Assembly (NCBI GenBank): GCA_951406725.2
Contig: OX597823.1
Location: 8,618,001 to 8,682,000, forward strand
Source: Octopus vulgaris
Lineage: Eukaryota
Reading direction: 5' to 3'
Length of the DNA: 64,000 nt
Each line of letters starts with the position of its first letter. Positions within the stretch are counted from its first letter, which is position 1. The position numbers and the translations under genes were made by a program. Shown here piece by piece: positions 55,213 through 64,000 of the stretch. The notes beneath the pieces are model-generated. The model was not told where the DNA came from and did not search any database. It saw only the letters and a program-made list of their open reading frames with translations.

Positions 55213-55615
55213 ATATGTATACATACACTTATCAATATCCCTCAAGACATACACAAACATACACACATACACACACATTTCTCTGCATATGTATGCACAC
55301 ACGCCTACATAACTTACTAACCTACTCATATGTACATGTAAGTGCATGTATGCATACATACCCATACATACATATATAAACACACACGCGCACATATGTA
55401 TATTTACAACCATACACACATATATATATACAAATATGCACACAGCTTTATACACTCGTACGCATATATACACACATACATACACAAGAGGTTGTACCCC
55501 CATACAAGCATATATTCCTATATACATATAATTTTATACATACACACCTGCATGCACATACAGAGATACATACACGCACCTATACACACATACCCACATA
55601 TATACATATACATAC

Positions 55616-55690
<75 letters not shown>

Positions 55691-55729
55691 CATAAAAAAG
55701 TGTACATTATTTATAGTTCTCATTATTCA

Positions 55730-56294
55730 GGCACTGTTTGTTTGGTGTCTTTCTATAGATTGTTAGAATGGTAGTGGTTTGGGCATTATTTTTTGTTTAG
55801 TTTCGGTTGGTATTTATTGAGGTATGTAAATTATTTAAAAGTGGGTGAAAGATTCCTACGTCTTCTTGGTTTTTGGTCCAGAATATAGAGCAGTCATCCA
55901 AATATTGTTTGCAAATTTTTTTTTTATATATATACGTATATAAATGCAGAATTGTACGTTAAATGTTTCCGTTAGTTCGGTATAAAATTTGAGCTCCAAG
56001 AAGCTCATTACGCGGGATGCATGAGTGGAGGCTAATTTTGTCTTCACCGCCATTCCACTTACTTGTAAGTAGAAGTTGTTGAAGAAGTGATTACTTCCCA
56101 ATATTAATTTTAGCCCTTCGAAAACGATGGTGGTTGAGAATCATTTCTGTTAACCAGAAATTTATCGCTTCAATTCCGAGGTCGTGTGGGATGTGGGTGC
56201 GTGGACTAGTTACATCGAAAGTACAAAGAATTGTCTCCTGGTGGACACTATTAGATATGAAGTTTAAGAAGTCCATCTCGTCCTGGACGAAGCT
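55730..56294 (-). pseudogene. Penelope-like RT fragment
   Basis: SFVQDEMDFLN..ILCTFDVTS..IPHDLGIEAINFWL, FNNFYLQVSGMAVKTKLAS..LELKFY, KQYLDDCSIFW. Confidence 0.85.
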
Positions 56295-56453
56295 TTTACT
56301 ATTACTATATGTTATATGTTTTAATAATTACTTATATAATTATATTTTGTTATAATTGTCATTTTAATAAATAAATAAATATATTGACATAATATAATGT
56401 CTAAAAGTTGATGAATTCCACCATTTATCCCCCACATTTTCTTATTGCTGTAT

Positions 56454-56516
<63 letters not shown>

Positions 56517-56552
56517 CACATATCTACATACACATATATTCGTATACATATA

Positions 56553-56613
<61 letters not shown>

Positions 56614-56639
56614 TTACTTACATATAATTTATATACATA

Positions 56640-57497
56640 CTAGCATTAAAGACCCGTCGTTGCCGGGTCATAGTGCTAGTGCATGTATATATGTGTATAT
56701 ATATATATGTGTACATATTACATGTACATCTATATATATACATCTACACATAAAATGCAAAATACAAAGTTATATCTTGATATCGCTAGTGATAACAATT
56801 ATCACAATATATAACAGACTGGAATTGTTAGCGCTTCTTTTTTCTCTACATTGTATACTTTATAGACAATAGTCTTTTCTTTAATTTAATTTTTTATTAT
56901 CCATCTGGACTATTCCATTTCTGCACGCTAATTATATTTTTAATTTATTCCCATTCAAGTGAAACCACTTATTCAAGTTCAAATCATTGATGCAATTTTA
57001 TACCAATTGCTATTTTTAATTTTGTATGTTACGATTATATTATAATTTAGTTTGATTTTAATTATAACTTACTACATATAATTCAATTGTTATTATTATT
57101 TTTATTGTTAAAGTGAAAGCATCTGACATAGAATAGAGAAATATTTTTGTTTCACTTTTAACACGTAATACTGAAATAGAGAAGATATGATATTGCTATG
57201 GGCTCGCTCTAGGCACGAGGTTGAACATTTATTTTTGCCCATGAAACTACATGGACTCTAAGTAAGGCATGTGTAAAATCTGAATGAAATTGGTTGTGTA
57301 GTTCTCAAGTTTTAGGGAATCGTAGTGGGGAAAATATGTTATTGCTGTTGGCTCGCCCTAGGCAATTTTGCTGATGACACTCCTCAGACCCTAAGTAAGG
57401 CATGTGTAAAATTTGAATGAAATTGGTTGTGTAGTTCTAAAGTTTTAGGGAAACACACAGACAGACAGACACATTCTCAGTTTTATATATATAAAGA
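56640..57497 (-). mobile_element. Complete non-autonomous Helitron
   Basis: Minus-strand 5' end A|TCtttatatatataaaactgagaatgtgtctgtctgtctg. 3' hairpin gacccggcaacgacgggtc followed by CTAG|T. Internal ~130-bp repeat (57195-57320 and 57345-57450). Confidence 0.88.
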
Positions 57498-57935
57498 TAT
57501 ATGAATATATATATGCGTAGATATACCTATGCACACACACACAAACACACACATATACATACATGCATACATACATACATACATACATACACACATGCAT
57601 ATATATACACATACATATATATACATATATACATATATATATAATATAAATAATATATAAATATTTGCATATAAACATACATATATGTACATACCTACAT
57701 ATATATGTATATATACATGCATATATGGGTACAGGACATAAAAACGTTTTACGAGAGTATTGTGGTTCGCTTGAAGCATTGTGTATTGTTTGTAAAGAAT
57801 AAATAGTTTTGAATTGTACAACAATGTACTATAATACAAACAATTGGCTATATACCTGTTGTAATTTAGTCATCCATAGTCTGATAAGCTATTCCGGGAA
57901 AAAAATCTTTCTTCAAATATTCTTAGATGATGTAT

Positions 57936-57966
<31 letters not shown>

Positions 57967-58341
57967 ATTAATTAATTAATTATAATTAAATGTAGCATAA
58001 TTAAATGTTAGTAGGGGCATTTGAATTATAACGTCGGATGTAATCAATTGAACCACACGTGTATTTATCGTTATGGTTAAATTGGCGTGTGATTGAGTGG
58101 ATTTCATCCAGATAGTTTTGGCCGAGGAGCTACAAGTGGGTTTTTTGTAAGTAAAATTACATTTAATTCATTAATAGCGAAACAATTGTCCCAAAATAAT
58201 CTGTATTTTTGTTATTTTGTATTTGCCCTGTTCGTGTGAGCTAACAATCGTACTGACTTTCATAGGAAACATGTATTTTTGTGGTTGAAACCTTTTGGAT
58301 TTTCTAGTGCTAGAATGAGCCACATAGTGACCATTCTCTTA

Positions 58342-58449
<108 letters not shown>

Positions 58450-58538
58450 CATACATACATATAAATATATATATATACATACATATGTATATACATATAC
58501 ATAAATATATGCACACACAAATACATATACACACATAC

Positions 58539-58593
<55 letters not shown>

Positions 58594-58595
<2 letters not shown>

Positions 58596-58792
58596 TTTAT
58601 GAAAGAATGGAGTTGAACGACTTGTTAACAAATTTCCTTTATTTTTGACATATGTTTCGAAGGCTGCATATTCCTAATTCCGAAGAAATAAGGAGTACAT
58701 TATGCAGATTTATCATCAGGAAAGGCAAGGAACTTATGTCGACATCAAAACGCACAAAAAAGTTTTAGCTGACTGCTCTCAAGGAGCCCATC
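58594..58792 (-). mobile_element. Solo pLTR fragment homologous to 2505-2730, containing a hammerhead (58631-58734)
   Basis: Minus strand reads atgggctc..ttccttgcctttc-CTGATGA-taaatctgcata..tatgcagccttc-GAAAC ATAT GTC..aaaggaa..tcgttcaactccatt. Abuts (TA)n. Confidence 0.8.
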
Positions 58793-58829
58793 AAAAGGCA
58801 AATCGTGGACCAAGACAGACTCGTCTCAA

Positions 58830-59078
58830 ATGCCAGCAGTGAGCGTCGATGACTGTTCGGATCCCTATCATTCGAGACCGATTCCTTACACTGAGGTCTA
58901 TGTATGCCCCTACACTCACATCTGAAGACGACATAAAGGCTTCGTTTTAAACCTGTTGGACCATACTATCCGGCGAGTCCCCGCGTCGTGTTGGGGTACT
59001 TTAACGGCAGAGTCCATTGTCTGTGACCATTGTCTGTGGAATGGCATTCTAGGCCATCACGGCATTTGGAAAGGTAAT
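58830..59078 (+). pseudogene. RTE-like LINE APE endonuclease fragment
   Basis: MTVRIPIIRDRFLTLRSMYAPTLTSEDDIKASF..LGYFNGRV..WNGILGHHGI. Confidence 0.75.
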
Positions 59079-59308
59079 ATATATATATATATATACAGTG
59101 TACATTTAAACACATAAGGGATGACCATAATAGGACATCTGACTCACTAGAAAGAGCAGTTCAGTTAAACTCCAAATCACTAATAGTTGTAATTCTGAAA
59201 GGGAATGAGAAATAAAAACTTTTACCCTATTTCTCCTGGACTATGCATAGTTTCGGCAATCTTTCGTAAATAAAATAAAATGATTTTAATTTACAATTGG
59301 CGTTGCCA

Positions 59309-59357
<49 letters not shown>

Positions 59358-59374
59358 CGTATAGATGTATATAT

Positions 59375-59575
59375 GCCTGTGTGTGTTAATACCAAGCAAC
59401 TCTCGACAATGGTGTTGATTTTTTTGTTATATCCACGTAACTTTTTACGTCTGGCAAAAAGAGACCGATAGAGTAAGCAATATTCTTACTGGAGTCGATT
59501 CCTCTGAACTAAATCCTTGAAGATGGTGCTCCAGTTGGACCACAGGCCAATGACTCAAACATGTAAGAAGATAAA
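59375..59575 (+). mobile_element. Old diverged SINE family A 3' half
   Basis: ggcaaaaagagaccgatagagtaag..gatggtgctccag..aatgactcaaac. Confidence 0.65.
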
Positions 59576-60289
59576 AAGGCAAAATGGTGTATACACACAC
59601 ATGTGCACATATATATTGATTGATACATGCATATAATTAATGAATAAATAAAAAAGAAACATGATGTGCATATGCCAATTAATTGATAGAATAAATTTTC
59701 CAAAAATAAGAGAAGGAAACGATAGTTTATTAAATCAGCACAATGTAAATTAATAGAAAACTACAGAATATGAAAACGCATAGGAAAACAAGAAGCTGCA
59801 ATAAAATATTCAATCAGAAATACAGGGAGAGAAAATGTAGACTGACTGAGATATTTGCTAATGGCCTAATGTTGGCGTAGAACAATGCTGACGGGCTTGA
59901 TGCAACTTAATTCCGATTCCATAAATGGTGCGAACGCTTTATAAAGCGGACATTGTCGTTGTAATATCTTAGGAAACTGTGTCGAGTATTTTAACGAGTT
60001 CATACTATTCGCATAATGTCTGCCATGCACATTGCTTATATTATTCAAATTATCTAGAGGTGATAACGTGGGGTGTTTGGGCTAAATTTGAAGAATTTCT
60101 ATGATTCTTTCTTTCTTTTTTTTTTTCAGGAACAAAATGGATGTGTTTGTGAACAGTAAATGGTGCTGGAGAGCATTAAGAATAAAGTTGTAGTTGAGAA
60201 AACGCTTGCTGACATGGCGGACTGTGAACAGTACAAATGCTGGACAGCTGACATTGACAGCTGGCATGGACAACGGCAACGGAGTCAAT

Positions 60290-60903
60290 TAAGCCATGGC
60301 CTGCAGCAAGAGACACAGCAAGTGTCCTAATTGCGTCCACAAGCCAATATTCATCGCCGCATATCTGAACAGGGCCTTAGGCTGAATTCAGATGTCTATG
60401 TGTAGCTGTTGCAGACTGTGATCAATCCCTGGATAGAAAGGGTTGCTGTTGCAAGGCCATATGTGTGGCAGCACGGTGGGGCTACATACCCCACTTCCAG
60501 AAAGAAACAGAAGTGGTCATCGGCGGATTTCCACGACTTCATCAACCCCAATTCCTGGCATCATAAATGCCCCCGATTCTAATCCCACAGATGACCATTT
60601 GTAAGGCGCGGTTGAGAAAGACACCCACCGCTCTTCTTGCAACACTGAGGCCTTGCTGGTGACCAAAATGAAGTTGGTACTCGATGATCTTCCCTGGAAT
60701 GCATTGAGGAGATCATGTGCTATATTCCAGAGTTGCGCTGAGGCCGTGGTGGGACTCAGGGTGCCTACTTTGAATGAACTGTCCCAGGCATAATGTAGAT
60801 ATTTTTTGGAAAAAAAAAAAAAAAAATTTTTTGGACGGGATATGTTGCTTTCTTTTACATTTATTAAAATATTCTGACTGCCAAATTCAGCTCTAACGTC
60901 CTG
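60290..60903 (+). mobile_element. maT/DD37D-like transposon 3' relic
   Basis: GLRLNSDVYV*LLQTVINPWIERVAVARPYVWQHGG..PDSNPTD..GAVEK..EAVV..GAYFE*. Ends ..gtcctg|TA. Confidence 0.75.
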
Positions 60904-60960
60904 TAATTGACATATTTTTTCACAAAATATAAGTCTGTCTATCTATCTATCTATCGATCA

Positions 60961-61051
<91 letters not shown>

Positions 61052-61153
61052 AATCTATCTATCTATCTATCTCATCACACATACACATGATGCATGCGTG
61101 TGTCTGCATGTATATATGCATGCAGAATATATGTATGTATTTATGCATGTATG

Positions 61154-61184
<31 letters not shown>

Positions 61185-61245
61185 GTATGTATGTATGTGT
61201 GGATATATGTATGTAAGTATGTATGTATGTATGTTTGTATGTATG

Positions 61246-61276
<31 letters not shown>

Positions 61277-61399
61277 GTATGTATGTATGTATCTATGTGG
61301 TTTCTGGCTTTGCTTTATGCCCTTGCCTGTTGGGGTAGGGATCATTCCAAGTTAGTGGTCTCATCATGCGTAGAACCGACTAGGTTCATTAGTACTCTC

Positions 61400-61700
61400 T
61401 ATAAATTGTTATATCCAGCCACCCATTCTGCTTCCCAAGGTGACGTGGACCCACTGGACATCTACAATAAGGTCCAACCATCTGCTGCGTGGAACAGAAC
61501 ACACCATGACAGGATGATCTAGGCGGGGACAGATGATATGTCCGAAGTAGCGCATGCGACGGATAGCTCTGAGGTGAGATGCTGTGGACAGAGGCTTTCG
61601 CGTACACAGTACTTTGCTGGAAGATATAGCAGTGGCGTCAGAGGGGATGATCCCAGCGGCCAGACCACATCTGCATTTGAACTCCGGGGTGAGGTCCCTA
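61400..61700 (-). pseudogene. Possible RTE/L2-like LINE C-terminal fragment
   Basis: RAIRRMRYFGHII..DHP motif only. Confidence 0.35.
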
Positions 61701-61708
61701 TTAAGGTG

Positions 61709-61744
<36 letters not shown>

Positions 61745-61746
<2 letters not shown>

Positions 61747-61964
61747 TGTATGTGTTTGTGTGTCTGTGTTTGTCCCCTTAGCATTGCTTGACAACCAATG
61801 CTGGTGTGTTTATGTCACCGTTACTTAGCGGTTCGGCAAAAGAGACCGATAGAATAAGTACTGGGCTTACAAAAGAATAAGTCCCGGGGTCCAGTTGCTC
61901 GATTAAAGGCGGTGCTCCAGCATGGCCGCAGTCAGATGACTGAAACAAGTAAAAGAGTAAAAGA

Positions 61965-61965
<1 letters not shown>
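61745..61965 (+). mobile_element. SINE family A 3' half
   Basis: Sequence identity to the other copies. It begins at the internal microsatellite. Confidence 0.88.
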
Positions 61966-62014
<49 letters not shown>

Positions 62015-63242
62015 GTATGTGTGTGTGTGTGTATTTATTTATTGATATGTTCTATATACATTATATTTATTTTATGGAATGAATGTATGTTCGTCATTTA
62101 ATTTTTCTCCTTAGGTTTCTAATTTACCTTCTAAGTAAAAAAAAATCGTATCGGTATGAAAGCTTGTATTTAAATAATCAGTATATGTGTTAACTTATTT
62201 AACAAAGTTCTGGAAATTCATTCATATTTATGAAATGGAGGTAATTGGATGTTAAAATGGATTATAGCTTTTATTGTTCATATTGCTATACAATTATTTC
62301 ATACAAATGGACACAGATATTCATAAATAGAACATCGTAATAGTCATACTTGTACTTGACAGAAGGTATTATATTTAAAGAAAAAAAGCAAGAAAAAGAG
62401 GTTAAAATTGCACAAGTTTTTCTTAGTTATCATTTTATCGGATTTATATATTCGTTATTCCAGTCACGCTTATTTGAATCCAGACTAAAAAAAAATATAG
62501 GACGTGGGTGCTAATGTATGTAATATTTAATTTGATTTCCTCTATGAAATCTATTATATATCTGTATTTAAACCTCCTTCAAAAAATATTTTCTGGTCAA
62601 GCTGTATTTGCATGTAACGTTAGGAATTACCAAATAAGGAGGTGTATGTTATTTATTTCAAATTCATATTTAATTTTTCTTAACCATCAACTTTCCATTC
62701 GACTTAAGAGGTTCAGTAGATTTGTAGTTGGTACTAGTATGTGGGAATAATTGATGGTTTATAAAATATTTTATTTTCGTATTTTTTCTTAAATAATAGG
62801 TCAATAATTCATAGCCAAAAATAGGTGTTATGGGTGGTAATTAATTATCTAACCACAGCTAGATCTATTTATAAGAACTTTTCGAAATATATACTATGTA
62901 AGTAAAGAGGCATAAAAGGGAACCGTTTAAATGATAATCATACATATAATAAATGATGATAAGATATTGCGCTATTTTTACATAAGAAAAGTTTTTTGTT
63001 GATGTATGAAGAATGAATTGTTTTTATTATTATAGTTGTGTGAATTGTCATAAACAGGAGATCAAAACAAATTTAATATGGTGTGAAATTATTAGTAAGG
63101 CAAAGGACACAACAATTGGTAAACGTGGATATTCTCTAATAATATAATCATTTTACACAAACGTACATAGATTTACATAAAAATACATAAATTGACGTAC
63201 ATACTGATATACAAATAGGTACACGTATATTTATGTGTATAT

Positions 63243-63645
63243 GTGGAAGGAATTGTGCCAAATTTTGGCATTGTAAGCTACACCAATTCCAGAACGGGAC
63301 GACACTGCATAGTGCCAAAGATCCCAGCAATGCCATCACGCTTCAGGACCAGCTTCTGCAACAGCCTGGGTTTCAAGAGCACACAGCTTTTTAATATTCT
63401 CCCAAAGAGTCTGAGGAACTTGCACAAAGTAGATGTAGCGGTTTTTAAATCAAAGCTGGACACCTTCCTGTCAAGAGTCCCAGATGAACCTACCTCACGG
63501 CAAGAGGTGCAAATGAGAGTAGCTGTATCAAACTCCATTCTTCATCAAGTGCCACATATTAGACGAGGTTCGTCGTAATAACAGTGTAGTACATAACGGC
63601 GGTGCATCAGCATGGCCGCAGCTCTGAGCTGAAACTAGAAAAAAA
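63243..63645 (+). mobile_element. CR1-like LINE 3' end with tail
   Basis: EGIVPNFG..RTGRHC..LFNILPKSLRN..FKSKLDTFLSRVPDEP, homologous to 23310-23710. Tail ggcggtgcatcagcatggccgcagctctgagctgaaac. Confidence 0.88.
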
Positions 63646-63902
63646 TACATACATATATATCGATATATGCACACTTACACCCATACACATGCGTTTGCAT
63701 TCCTACATACACATCCTTATATGCATATATATGTACAAATATATATGTATATATATACGCACTCATTAGACACTTATACACACCTAAATGTATATATATC
63801 TATATACTTACTTACATACATAAATATATATACATACATTTACAAATACATACATATACACGTACACATATGTATACATATATACACACATACATATTCC
63901 TA

Positions 63903-63956
<54 letters not shown>

Positions 63957-64000
63957 CAACCCCCATATGTATATATATATATACACCCCTGCATACATAT

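Overview
AT-rich eukaryotic DNA saturated with (TA)n, (CA)n, (TATG)n and (TATC)n microsatellites and transposable-element relics. The SINE and repeat composition suggests a cephalopod (Octopus-like) genome, which is an inference. No host gene can be firmly called, and almost all ORF-track entries are microsatellite or TE artefacts. The only long ORF (286/358-1965) is a 5'-truncated Penelope-like retroelement (RT YLDD plus C-terminal GIY-YIG, Naiad-type signatures) with unusual in-frame low-complexity insertions and a hammerhead ribozyme (HHR) in its 3' pLTR. The most interesting signal is a set of about five distinct HHR-bearing, TA-microsatellite-embedded element families in the window, including one with a non-canonical core. 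There is also a SINE/LINE system in which different SINE heads share the 3' tail of a local CR1-like LINE. Other content: two full-length dead mariners, other Tc1/mariner relics, a MITE, two Helitrons, R4/Dong and RTE LINE fragments, a ~365-bp-arm foldback, a rearranged CR1-like LINE, a ~2 kb tandem duplication, and weak candidate small exons in the TE-poor 27-39 kb interval.
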